In this document: in pieces, positions 1-9,000 of the stretch
Layout: each line of letters starts with the position of its first letter
Position numbering within the stretch: position 1 is the stretch's first letter
Virus record (IMG/VR): IMGVR_UViG_3300050821_000708
Location: 946 to 64,945 of that record
Length of the DNA: 64,000 nucleotides
Direction: 5' to 3' (one strand)
Source of the DNA: a virus
Lineage: Duplodnaviria > Caudoviricetes
Notes under the pieces: generated by a model
What the model was told of the DNA's origin: nothing
Database searches by the model: none
Seen by the model: only the letters and a program-made list of their open reading frames with translations
Translations under genes and position numbers: made by a program

Positions 1-497
1 GTGACCGCTCCGTTGGAGAAGTCGAAGCCCGACAGACGCCCGCCCTTGAGGAACGGGAAGACCGTGTAGCCCCACTTGCGGTGGCCGGACGGGTCACACG
101 CGCTCTGCGCGAGACGCGACCAGACCTCCAGCGAGAAGCCGAACGAGTCGAGGTCGATGCCGGTGTTGGCATCGAAGCCAACGACATCGCCCGCCGCGTT
201 CTTGACGACCGGCTGGCCGGTGAACAGCGAGATCAGGTCCGGGTCCACGCCACAAAGCGCGGTCTCGGCGGTGTAGCCGACGACCTGATCGAAGGCCGGG
301 TCGTACACGCAAATCTCGTCCGCGAAGTTGCGCTCCACGACGGTCGTACCGTTCTCGGTGACCTCCGCGATCTTCACCGACGAGATGCGCTTGGAGACCA
401 CGACGGCAGATGCGCCGGGGTCCGGGTTGCCGCAGGCGTCCAACTTGGTCACACGAATGACCGAGCCGCGTACGGGGGCGTAACACTGAGTGCCCAT
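1..497 (-). CDS. major tail (tube) protein, 5' part; runs off the window
   Basis: Not in ORF track; read manually from ATG at 497 with RBS AGGAGGAG: MGTQCYAPVRGSVIRVTKLDACGNPD...LCGVDPDLISLFTGQPVV...SLEVWS...WGYTVFPFLKGGRL. Follows the capsid genes. Confidence 0.8.
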   Translation of the reverse strand, partial: MGTQCYAPVRGSVIRVTKLDACGNPDPGASAVVVSKRISSVKIAEVTENGTTVVERNFADEICVYDPAFDQVVGYTAETALCGVDPDLISLFTGQPVVKNAAGDVVGFDANTGIDLDSFGFSLEVWSRLAQSACDPSGHRKWGYTVFPFLKGGRLSGFDFSNGAV

Positions 498-501
498 GTG
501 C

Positions 502-768
502 TCACTCCTCCTTGGAGTTCTTCTTCGCGGCCCGGTTGCCGGAAGTCTTGGTCGCCCGTGAGGGCTTGCTGGTCTTCTCGGTGTCGAGAATACCCGCCAG
601 TTCGGGCGAGATGTAGAAACCACCCCGCACGGCCTTGACGCTGCGATGGCTCAAGCCGAACTCAGACATCGTGCCGCAGAGCAGCACCGCCGTGTCCATG
701 CGGCTCTCGCCGTTGGGAACGAAGACCATGTCCCCATACGTCGCTGGAAGTCGAGTGCGTGCGGTCAC
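502..768 (-). CDS. small hypothetical virion-region protein
   Basis: 88-aa ORF overlapping the stop of the upstream gene (GTGA), basic C-terminus. Confidence 0.65.
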   Translation of the reverse strand: MTARTRLPATYGDMVFVPNGESRMDTAVLLCGTMSEFGLSHRSVKAVRGGFYISPELAGILDTEKTSKPSRATKTSGNRAAKKNSKEE

Positions 769-1616
769 GAAGCCACACCGTCCGTGAACGTGCTGCCCGT
801 GGCCTCGACGTTGACCTTGGCCACTGGACCCTGCACGGCAACGCGGTACAGGCGCTCGGCAGCGGTCTGGAAGATGTTGTCCATGCCGCTGGTGCCGTCG
901 CCCGGGATGACGTAGGTGCTGACATCCACGTCAGTGGCCTTCTCGGTGTAGACCTCACCCGTCGCGAAGATCGGGTAAGCACCCGTGAACTCGGCGCTCG
1001 TGTCGTAGCCGCCACCACAGACGATCCGGCAGCCCGAGGGGGTGTACGCCTTGCCGTCGATCCACTTGACACGCAGACCGAGCAGGGAGGCCGACATGCG
1101 CGGGAGGTGAATCGTGGGCTTGCCGACGTAGTGCATGGCCATGTAGCCCTCAAGGAAGGCCACAGCGGCTTGCAAGGAGACCGGGGTGCCTGCACCAGTG
1201 ACCTCCACGACATCACCAGCGGTGAAGCGGTGAGCCAGAAGGTACTGCTCCACAGCAGAGCCAGCGTTGGAGTCGAAGACACGCTTGACTTCCTCCACCA
1301 TGTCATCGTGGTCGAGACCGACGTTCATGCACTCCGCGCCCAACTGGACAGCGAAGGTCTCGGCGGTGATCCACGTGCCGTTGTGGAAGATCGGGGTGAA
1401 GACCCCGGCGCAGAAGTCCGCGAACGGGATCGGCGTCTCCGGAACGATGGAGTCGTAGGAGACCCACAGCCCCTCGTCGTTGCGCAGACCGAAGGAGGTG
1501 CTCTCCACAGCCGGGTAGTGATCGAGCACCGAGGATCCCAGCGGATCAACAGCGGGACGCTTGACCTCAATGGCGCGGAAGATGTCTACTCCGCCAGCCT
1601 TGGTCACAGTTGCCAT
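765..1616 (-). CDS. capsid protein 2 (putative pentamer/minor capsid protein)
   Basis: 283 aa directly downstream of the major capsid gene; same arrangement as hexamer/pentamer capsid pairs of cluster-B-like actinophages. Confidence 0.6.
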   Translation of the reverse strand: MATVTKAGGVDIFRAIEVKRPAVDPLGSSVLDHYPAVESTSFGLRNDEGLWVSYDSIVPETPIPFADFCAGVFTPIFHNGTWITAETFAVQLGAECMNVGLDHDDMVEEVKRVFDSNAGSAVEQYLLAHRFTAGDVVEVTGAGTPVSLQAAVAFLEGYMAMHYVGKPTIHLPRMSASLLGLRVKWIDGKAYTPSGCRIVCGGGYDTSAEFTGAYPIFATGEVYTEKATDVDVSTYVIPGDGTSGMDNIFQTAAERLYRVAVQGPVAKVNVEATGSTFTDGVAS

Positions 1617-1655
1617 CTTCTATCTCCTCTAGTCCCTGTGTCGTACTAGTTCAAA

Positions 1656-1689
1656 GGGAGCCGGTCCCAGTTTCCAGAAACCGGCTCCC
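1656..1689 (-). terminator. hairpin after the major capsid gene, with the 12-bp motif in its loop
   Basis: GGGAGCCGG (1656-1664) / CCGGCTCCC (1681-1689) inverted repeat followed on the - strand by TTTG. Confidence 0.6.
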
Positions 1690-1695
1690 AATGGA

Positions 1696-3432
1696 TCAGA
1701 ACGAACCGTTCGCGTGCCAGTCACCGATGCCCGTGAGGTCCATCGCGCCGACCTGACCAGCGGTGTTGACCGGGATGTTGACCTTCTCGATGGAGAAGCC
1801 CGCCTTGGCGACAAGGAGGCCCTGTTCGAAGAAGACGCCGGTGTACTCGTTGATCGACAGCGAAGCCGCGTCGTACACGGTCGAGATGTTGACGACGTCC
1901 TCGACAGCCTTGACCACGGCACCAGCCGGGTAGATCAGGGCCTCGAAAACACCCGGCAGGATCGCGTCCACACCAGTCAGTTCCTGCCAGTCCGCCACGT
2001 ACTCGACGTTGAGACGACGGTCCACGAAGTGCTGGGCGATCTGCGCGTCGGACACCGAGTCCAGAGCAGCCCCGTTGCGGCGGCTCATGTCGGCCCGGAA
2101 GACCTCCTTGACCCACTCCGGCAACTTGACCTCAAGCACGGTGTTGACACCGATGCTCCACTTGCGGCGCTCCTTGAGGGCGATGATGCTGAGCGCCTCA
2201 AGGGTGTCGGTGAACGACGGGCCGTAGCCGTTGAAGACCACCGGGTCGGCCAGCGCCACGATGTCGCTGATGATCCGCGCGTTGACCTTGTGGGCGTAGA
2301 GCACACCAGCGAAGCGCAGAGCGTCGGTGATGAGTTCCGGGTACGCCTTCTGCGTCAGGAACGGGATCTTGTAGCAGTAGCCGATGGCGTCGAGGCGGTG
2401 GTCCACGAAGTCCGGGCAGACGATGGTCTCGCAGGTCTTGACCTGACCAGCCTCGGCCTGAGCCTCCGTCTGGACGAAGCCAAAGTCATCGAGGGCCGTA
2501 CCCTGCGAGGACCGGGCCGGACCCGTGGTGAGCAGTACGCCACCACGCGGGGCGCTGATCTCCGGGACGGTGATGAGACCGTCCACGACGTAGCCCGCGA
2601 GGAACGAGTAGACCGGCTCGGACGGGGCGCACCAACCAGCGGCGGTCAGAACCTCGGCGTCGTAGGTACGACGGGCGGTCTGGAGCGCGGCGTAGTCGTT
2701 GCCCGTGGACGCGACGAGCGCCTGCTCGAAATTCAGGTTGGCCTGAGCCACACCGAACTTGTGGAGCACCTCGTCGTTGCCCGTCTGCTTGCGAACAGCC
2801 ATGGCCGCGCGCTCGTTGAACGGGTTGAAGCCCTTGACCCGGTTGCGCATGGCCAGCGCGAGGGCGTCGTAGCCCTCCATCTGCGCTCCCGTGGCGAAGC
2901 CCGGTACGTCTGCCGCTGCGGTGATGGTCACCGGCTGAACAGCCTTGACCGCCGGACGGGCAACCTTGCGAGCGACCGCCTTCGCGGGGTTGATCTTCTG
3001 CGAACCACGCGCAGATGCGGTCACGGTGGCCTCCTCAGTGGCCTCGATTGCGGTCTCCTCGGCGGCTGCCTCGGTCGTCTCAGCCGCTGCCTCGACAGCG
3101 GCGTCTTCGGTCTCCTCCGACTCCTCGGAGGCTTCCTCGGTCTCGTCGGTCTCCTCGGAGGCCTCTTCGGTCTCCTCGGCGGCAGCATCAGCGCCACCAG
3201 CGGTGAACGACTCGCGAGCGGCGGCGAAGTCCTGACCGGCCTTGTCGGCGGTGGCCTTGCGGGCTGCCTGCTCGGTTTCGATGTCGCGGATGCTGGCGAC
3301 GAGGGTCTGTGCCTCGTTGGCCTGATCCACGGTCACCTCGCTCGGGTCGAGAGCGAAAAGGGTCTTGGCCTTCTCGTTCGCCTCGGTGAGTGCGGTGGCG
3401 AGTTCCTCGTTGGAGAGGCTCTGGATGTCCAT
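1696..3432 (-). CDS. major capsid (hexamer) protein with N-terminal scaffold-like region
   Basis: ATG at 3432 after RBS AAGGAG (578 aa). Coiled/acidic N-terminus, then AAGWCAPSEPVY motif typical of cluster-B-like actinophage major capsid proteins; strong codon bias. Confidence 0.85.
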   Translation of the reverse strand: MDIQSLSNEELATALTEANEKAKTLFALDPSEVTVDQANEAQTLVASIRDIETEQAARKATADKAGQDFAAARESFTAGGADAAAEETEEASEETDETEEASEESEETEDAAVEAAAETTEAAAEETAIEATEEATVTASARGSQKINPAKAVARKVARPAVKAVQPVTITAAADVPGFATGAQMEGYDALALAMRNRVKGFNPFNERAAMAVRKQTGNDEVLHKFGVAQANLNFEQALVASTGNDYAALQTARRTYDAEVLTAAGWCAPSEPVYSFLAGYVVDGLITVPEISAPRGGVLLTTGPARSSQGTALDDFGFVQTEAQAEAGQVKTCETIVCPDFVDHRLDAIGYCYKIPFLTQKAYPELITDALRFAGVLYAHKVNARIISDIVALADPVVFNGYGPSFTDTLEALSIIALKERRKWSIGVNTVLEVKLPEWVKEVFRADMSRRNGAALDSVSDAQIAQHFVDRRLNVEYVADWQELTGVDAILPGVFEALIYPAGAVVKAVEDVVNISTVYDAASLSINEYTGVFFEQGLLVAKAGFSIEKVNIPVNTAGQVGAMDLTGIGDWHANGSF

Positions 3433-3560
3433 TGGGTGCTCCTTCTGACCTGTAGTGGACGGATCGTACGTACGCCTGCACGTACGGAACGGCTCTGGGT
3501 CGAAGGCACCTTGGCTACTTCTTCGGAGCGAAGATATCACATGGTTTCTGGAAACCGCTA

Positions 3561-4511
3561 CTAAACCGCTCGAATGATGAAGTTCAGCCCCAGATACGGG
3601 GGGAGTTCATTGAACGGGTTCGCGGCCCCTGTGCTACCAGACGGTCCTGTGAACGCTGGCACGTCGATGGAGTGAGCGTGAGCGCCTCCAGCGGTGCCAC
3701 CCGAGGACGACACTGCCCCAGTCCCAGCGGCGTTCAGGTTCACGCCCGAGTCACCCTCGTTCGGGGAACGGTTGAGAGTATGGGAGTGAGTTCCACCAGA
3801 TGCGGTGTTGAACGAAGCGTGGTCGTGGTCGATGGCATGGGTGTGGCCGACCAACTCACCAGCGGTCATCGTGTGGGTCTCCTCACCACCCGTCTGCGCA
3901 AGCGTGTGGGAGGTCGCACCCGGCGCTCCAGTAGCCACACCGACACCGAGCGGTACGCGACCACCCATGTTCGGCAGGTTGAAGTGGGTGCCGTCCACGC
4001 TTCCAAAGGACGTACCGATGGCAGCGAACAACCCCGGGTAGGAAGCGCGGACCAGAGACGAACCATCACAGAACGCCCAGCCAGTGGGAGGCGTCGATCC
4101 GGCGTAGGGAAGGACCACACCTACCGGAGTGCCCACCATGCCCAGAGCGGCCTGCACGAAGGCTGTGGTGGCCAGTGACTGGTCGTTGTCACCCGGGGCT
4201 GGCGTCGGCGCTGTCGGATTCCCAGTGAATGCGGGGCTGGCCAGCGGAGCCTTGAGTAGCAGAGCATTCGCCGTCGCCGTGCTGATCGGCTTGTTGAGGT
4301 CCGAGGTGTTGTCCACGTTCCCCAGACCCACGTCAGCCTTGGTGAACACGTTGTCGTAGGGCAGCGTGTTCCACGGAGTCACACCGTCGCCGGTCTTCTC
4401 CTTGCGCGTGTTGGTCTCGTAGCCCTTCTCGCCCAACTGGAGGACAGGGTTGTCTGCTGTCCAGTTGGCCGAGGTGTTGCGACGCGTCCTGATGTGAGTC
4501 ACTAGGACCAC
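3561..4511 (-). CDS. tail-collar-domain fibre protein
   Basis: N-terminal WTADNPVL..GEKGYET...K.GDG.T.WN.LPY motif, KADVGLGNVDNTSD repeat, tail-collar motif PVG.V.PYAG..PP.GW..CDG...YP.LF..IG..FG..F.LP, His-containing HTH/HSH repeats. Confidence 0.85.
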   Translation of the reverse strand: MVLVTHIRTRRNTSANWTADNPVLQLGEKGYETNTRKEKTGDGVTPWNTLPYDNVFTKADVGLGNVDNTSDLNKPISTATANALLLKAPLASPAFTGNPTAPTPAPGDNDQSLATTAFVQAALGMVGTPVGVVLPYAGSTPPTGWAFCDGSSLVRASYPGLFAAIGTSFGSVDGTHFNLPNMGGRVPLGVGVATGAPGATSHTLAQTGGEETHTMTAGELVGHTHAIDHDHASFNTASGGTHSHTLNRSPNEGDSGVNLNAAGTGAVSSSGGTAGGAHAHSIDVPAFTGPSGSTGAANPFNELPPYLGLNFIIRAV

Positions 4512-5428
4512 CCTCCGTCTACTCCGTCATCGCTGGTGTACGACGAAGACCCGCCGTCAACAACATCCACGCTGGTGTACGACGAAGACCCGCCGTCGAT
4601 CGAATCGTACAAGGCTTGAGCGCCACACTGGGGAACTGGGGCACTGTCCAGTAGGAAGGTGGTCCAGTGGGTGTGCGAGCCAATGGGCTTGCCCAGCCGT
4701 GGGTAGATGGGATCAACTGGCGTCGGCGTGCCACCGAACGGGGACGACCCGAAGGGATCGACACCGAAGCCCAACCCAACCGGACCAGTTGGTGTGACAA
4801 CCCGAGCCAAGCAGGCGTTGACAGCCGACTCATCCCAGCCACTCTCATCCCACCCGGACATGTCCCAGCCATCGCCAGACCAGCGCAGCGAGTACGGACC
4901 GTAGCCCCAGCGGCTCATACGGTAAGTCTTGGCCGCGCCCACTGTGAGATCCACACCCGTGTTGGTGTAGTTGAGGCTACTCATCCGACCGCCCCGCAGA
5001 CGAGGGAACAGCGTGTAGCCGTACTGGTAGCCATCGACCGGAACATCCAACTTCGACCATATCTCCATGGCGAAGTTCGACACGGGCATCTTGGAGAGGA
5101 AGTCGTTTCCAGAAACATCTCCCGTGGCGTTCAGGACCACCGGCTGCCCGGTGAGAATCGAGATCAGATCCGGGTCCACACCACACAGGTCCAGATCAAC
5201 GCCATAGCCCATGGTCCGGGGCTTGCCCCGAATGAGCACGCGGCTGAAATCGTTGTCGTTGCGAACCAACTCGTTCGACTGGTCCTCCACGATCTCGCTG
5301 ATCGCAGCCTTGATGATGCCCGAGGTGACTACGACTGACCTGTCACCTTCGACCGGAGCGCCTCGGTGGTCGAGCATGGTGAACCGAGCGACCTTGCCCC
5401 GAACCATCGAGTAGCACTTGGTATCCAT
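4502..5428 (-). CDS. major-tail-protein paralogue with C-terminal low-complexity extension
   Basis: Aligns by eye with the gene at 1-497: CY..VRG.V.R.T.LD, LCGVDPDLIS..TGQPVV.NA.GDV.G, E.WS.L, GYT.FP.L.GGR. Confidence 0.8.
   Translation of the reverse strand: MDTKCYSMVRGKVARFTMLDHRGAPVEGDRSVVVTSGIIKAAISEIVEDQSNELVRNDNDFSRVLIRGKPRTMGYGVDLDLCGVDPDLISILTGQPVVLNATGDVSGNDFLSKMPVSNFAMEIWSKLDVPVDGYQYGYTLFPRLRGGRMSSLNYTNTGVDLTVGAAKTYRMSRWGYGPYSLRWSGDGWDMSGWDESGWDESAVNACLARVVTPTGPVGLGFGVDPFGSSPFGGTPTPVDPIYPRLGKPIGSHTHWTTFLLDSAPVPQCGAQALYDSIDGGSSSYTSVDVVDGGSSSYTSDDGVDGGWS
4531..4597. repeat. 28-bp direct repeat (39-bp period) encoding DGGSSSYTS twice
   Basis: CGCTGGTGTACGACGAAGACCCGCCGTC at 4531 and 4570. 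Confidence 0.85.
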
Positions 5429-5432
5429 GGCT

Positions 5433-7550
5433 TCACGGTATCCGCTCGTTCATCGCACGAGAGACTCGACTGGCGTACTTGGCGTGCCATGTTTCCAGCC
5501 CGTGAACCGAGTCCGACTGGTAGTCGCTGGTCCCATCACCGGGCGTAGCCGTCCCAGCGGAGCCAAGGATGATCGGAAACGTTTCACTCGGAATGATCGA
5601 GATGACCCGGCCATCGGTGAACTGCGCTGCCATGGCCTTCGTGGCTGCCGAGTACATGGCCAGAGCCTGCCGACCGACATTCTGATATCCCGAGGTGGAG
5701 TTGGCCGGGTTGAAGGTGCTGTAGCAAGCGTCAGGGAACAGCGGAAGCGCGTTCAGCGTGATCCATGGCGGGGTGGGGTTGCGCTTGAGCCAGCAGTTGA
5801 ACACCAGCCGGTCACCGGAGTTGCCGGTGTGGGTGATCACGATAGTGTTCGTGCCAGCGGGCATGCCCTCAATCGGGACGGCCATCTGGCAGAACTTGTA
5901 GATCGGGTAGGCCGTGCTGAACAGGCCTCCACCACCGGCTGTGCTGACGATCTGGTTGTGGGTGATGCCGAAGTTCGTCTTGGTGACCAGTGGTGGTGTA
6001 CCGGAGATCGGGTCGTTCTTCGTGCTGTCCGTCATAAACGTCACGTTTGTCGGGTTGTAGGTCACACCGTTGACCTTGATCGAGTACGTCGCACCTACAG
6101 TGCTGTTCGCGCTGTTGTCCTCACCCACGAGGATGATGTCAAGAGCGCGCTCAGTCGTCGTGATGGTGACGGTGCTACCGGGGACGGTGCTCAACTTCGC
6201 CGTACCGACCGTGCTTGTCTGGCTACCCGGAGAGCCACTCACAGTGCCACCGTGGTAGCCGAGGCTGGTGGGTGAGGTCCACGTCCCGCCGTAGGCGAGA
6301 GAAGCGTCTCCCACGTCCTGCACCGACAGGGATCGAGCGAGCCGGATCATCGCATCGACAGCCAGTACCGCCGACTGGCGCACACGCGCGGTTCCAGCAG
6401 CCCATGTGGCCTCGTTGAGGAAGTCGTTGCCCCAGTGGTCCATCAGCACTAGCCCCGGGGCCGTGTGAGCCGCCAGCCACGCCGACCAGTTGGGGGACTG
6501 GTTCAGGGAGAACGTGTCACCGTTGACCGCCTGTGTGGGCACGATGGGCGTTCCGTACATGGCCGAGCAGATGTCTTCGGTCCATGCGCCACACATGGCG
6601 AAGTTCATGGTCGAGGAGTTGTTGCCGTTGACCGCATTCTGGATGCGAACGTTCCATGGCCGCTTGGTGTTGTACCCCTGATTCGCCTCAGGACGAGACA
6701 CATCTGCCATCAGCGATGGGCCGTAACTCAGCACTGGAAGGCCGACCAGCGTCGAGGGAACCTTCTCCATCTCAGCCAGAACACCGGCCACCGGACCGAG
6801 CGAGAACGAGACTCCCATGCAGCGCGCGTTCTGCTGGAGTTTGAATGTCTCGTACTGCGAGGCGACGTTCGTTCCACAGTCCCACACGCTGGCACTCATC
6901 GGGTTGTTCAGCGAGCCGTTCGCGGCCTGAATCGTCTGCCGGATCGTTGCGCCCGTCTGCACCGTGGTCAGTAGAGCAACACCCGATCCAAGCGTGGAGG
7001 CGGTACGACCAGCGGCGGCGAAGACCTTGCAGTCGTTCGGCCCGGGGATCAGGGAGGGACAGCGCATGTTCTCGCTGTTGACCTGCTCGGTGTCGATGGA
7101 GTCCCAGCAGGTAGGACGGATGGATACCTGTCCCACGTTCTGGTAGACGCCGATGACTCCACAGGCTGCGTCGGTGGATGCACTCAGGTTGACCGTGAGG
7201 ACCGCGCCGGGGTCACCGGACACCAGTCGCTTGGAGTACAGAGTCAGGACGGTGGTCTGGGAGCCATCAGTCTTGGAGCCTGCCTGACCAGTGGCAGCGC
7301 CCGAGTAGGGCGAGTCTCCGAACTTCGTCCATCCACCTGAGCCTGTGCCGGACAGGGACGACACGTTGACGCCAGCACCAGAGGTGAGGACCAGTACCGC
7401 CCAGTCTCCAATGACCGCGCCAGCGGGCACCGTGACCGTGAAAGAGCCACCAGAGGCGTTGCCGGTGCCTCCAGTAGCACCGTTGCGGTACGAGGGTCGA
7501 GTCGGGGTGGCACGCTTCTTGTAGACACTCTGGCGTAGCAGGGTGCTCAC
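5433..7550 (-). CDS. virion-associated protein with SGNH/GDSL-like hydrolase domain
   Basis: 705 aa. Beta-rich N-terminus, then blocks YGPSL, NFAMCGA, HWGND and C-terminal DSVH resembling SGNH blocks I/II/III/V. Confidence 0.6.
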   Translation of the reverse strand: MSTLLRQSVYKKRATPTRPSYRNGATGGTGNASGGSFTVTVPAGAVIGDWAVLVLTSGAGVNVSSLSGTGSGGWTKFGDSPYSGAATGQAGSKTDGSQTTVLTLYSKRLVSGDPGAVLTVNLSASTDAACGVIGVYQNVGQVSIRPTCWDSIDTEQVNSENMRCPSLIPGPNDCKVFAAAGRTASTLGSGVALLTTVQTGATIRQTIQAANGSLNNPMSASVWDCGTNVASQYETFKLQQNARCMGVSFSLGPVAGVLAEMEKVPSTLVGLPVLSYGPSLMADVSRPEANQGYNTKRPWNVRIQNAVNGNNSSTMNFAMCGAWTEDICSAMYGTPIVPTQAVNGDTFSLNQSPNWSAWLAAHTAPGLVLMDHWGNDFLNEATWAAGTARVRQSAVLAVDAMIRLARSLSVQDVGDASLAYGGTWTSPTSLGYHGGTVSGSPGSQTSTVGTAKLSTVPGSTVTITTTERALDIILVGEDNSANSTVGATYSIKVNGVTYNPTNVTFMTDSTKNDPISGTPPLVTKTNFGITHNQIVSTAGGGGLFSTAYPIYKFCQMAVPIEGMPAGTNTIVITHTGNSGDRLVFNCWLKRNPTPPWITLNALPLFPDACYSTFNPANSTSGYQNVGRQALAMYSAATKAMAAQFTDGRVISIIPSETFPIILGSAGTATPGDGTSDYQSDSVHGLETWHAKYASRVSRAMNERIP

Positions 7551-8857
7551 GTTGCGTCACCCGAAACGATCCACTCGTTGGACCCCCGGTTGCGGATCAC
7601 CAGAGTGCTGTACTGAGCGCGAGTCGTCAGGGACGAGGCGTAGCGCAACGTGACGCCAGCGGCGGGAGCCAGTGTGACCTGACCTGCTCCGTACTGGAGC
7701 ACCTGAATGACTGTGCCGGTCGGGAATGCCACGGTCGAACTGTTCGGGATGGTGATGGTGACAGCCGAAGCGTTGGTGGCCTCCACGACCTTGCCAGCGT
7801 CCCCGAGGACCAGTGTGTAGGTCGTGCCACTCTGCGCGTTGGCGTTGATGACCGTGGGGATCACATTGCCCGTGATCGCTCCCCATGCGCCACCCGACTT
7901 CGGGCCGTAGGTGTCACCTGTGGAGGTGTTGATCGCGTAGTCACCGTTGGCACCGACGCCAGAGCCCGGGACACCAACCGTCAGGAGCAGGTTGGAGCCA
8001 TTCGTACCGTTCGACCCAGCGGGGCCAACCAATGACGTGAAACCTCCGGGCCACACACCAGCGGCCTTGGGGCCGTAGATCCGGTTGTTGGTTGTGTCGA
8101 TCCAGAAGTCCCCGTTGTTGCCGCCAGAAGGTGCTCCAGAGCCGTTCAGGACCGTGTTGCCATTGGTCCCGTTCGTACCGTTCGTGCCGTTGGTCCCGGC
8201 TGCGCCCTTGATGTTCGTGATCGCTGCGCCCCACGAGCCACCAGACTTGAGGAAGATGTCCCACGTCGTGGTGTTCAGATAGTAGTCACCATTGACGCCG
8301 GTGCCACCGCTCGGAGCACCAGATCCCGAGTACCACGTCGATCCGTTCGTGCCGTTGGTCCCGTTCGTGCCATTCGTACCGTTGGTGCCATTCGTACCCG
8401 GAAGGGTGACGTAAGTTCCCGGCCACGCCCCAGCGGCCTTGGGGCCATAGAGTCGGGTGTGAGTCGTCTCCATCCAGAAGTCGCCATCAGCGCCATCTGA
8501 GGACAGCGGAGCGTTCGGACCATTCTTGACTGAGGAGCCATTGAAGCCGTTGGTCCCGTTGGTCCCGTTCGTGCCGTTGGTCCCATTGGTGCCATTCGTT
8601 CCAGCGGCGCCTTGGGGTATACCCATGTCGATGATCTGGTGCGGTGGAGTGCCGTGGATGTTGACGGTGGCCGACGAGCCCGGGGCAAGTGTGGTGATCG
8701 TCCCCGGTGTCAGATCATAGGAGCCCGAAACGACGCCCGCGATCTCTGTGTCGGTGTACGCCTTGGAGTCGGCTAGTGCCTGAGCCCCTGTTGCGTCGAT
8801 GTACTCCTGAACCAGATCACCATAGGGCTCCTCGCCCTTGATGGGGAACGCTGTCAT
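7547..8857 (-). CDS. collagen-like fibre protein with (GTN)n tracts
   Basis: ATG at 8857 (TGATG overlap); three long (GTN)n runs and a short GSNGTNGSN run separated by repeated G.GAPS...G..GD...T....YGPK..G.W modules. Confidence 0.85.
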   Translation of the reverse strand: MTAFPIKGEEPYGDLVQEYIDATGAQALADSKAYTDTEIAGVVSGSYDLTPGTITTLAPGSSATVNIHGTPPHQIIDMGIPQGAAGTNGTNGTNGTNGTNGTNGFNGSSVKNGPNAPLSSDGADGDFWMETTHTRLYGPKAAGAWPGTYVTLPGTNGTNGTNGTNGTNGTNGSTWYSGSGAPSGGTGVNGDYYLNTTTWDIFLKSGGSWGAAITNIKGAAGTNGTNGTNGTNGNTVLNGSGAPSGGNNGDFWIDTTNNRIYGPKAAGVWPGGFTSLVGPAGSNGTNGSNLLLTVGVPGSGVGANGDYAINTSTGDTYGPKSGGAWGAITGNVIPTVINANAQSGTTYTLVLGDAGKVVEATNASAVTITIPNSSTVAFPTGTVIQVLQYGAGQVTLAPAAGVTLRYASSLTTRAQYSTLVIRNRGSNEWIVSGDAT

Positions 8858-9000
8858 CAGTTGCCCTTCACCGCGTAGGAGCCACCGGCTCGCATCGTCT
8901 TCGCCTTGGCCTGAATCTCCTGCGGGTAGATGACAGTCTCCGACCCGTCGGTACTGGTCCACACGTACTGAGTGGTGGTCCGCTTCTTACAGCCGCACAT
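8857..9000 (-). CDS. 47-aa MCGC-start small protein following the maturation protease
   Basis: Read manually: MCGCKKRTTTQYVWTSTDGSETVIYPQEIQAKAKTMRAGGSYAVKGN*; overlaps both neighbours. Confidence 0.7.
   Translation of the reverse strand: MCGCKKRTTTQYVWTSTDGSETVIYPQEIQAKAKTMRAGGSYAVKGN

Noticed and set aside
3433-3540. ORF-track start of the major capsid gene at 3540
   Set aside because: Strong RBS and codon bias begin at ATG 3432; the upstream part contains the promoter-like box.
8857-8962. N-terminal extension of the collagen-like gene given in the ORF track
   Set aside because: The region is better explained by the 47-aa MCGC gene in another frame with a TGATG overlap at 8857.
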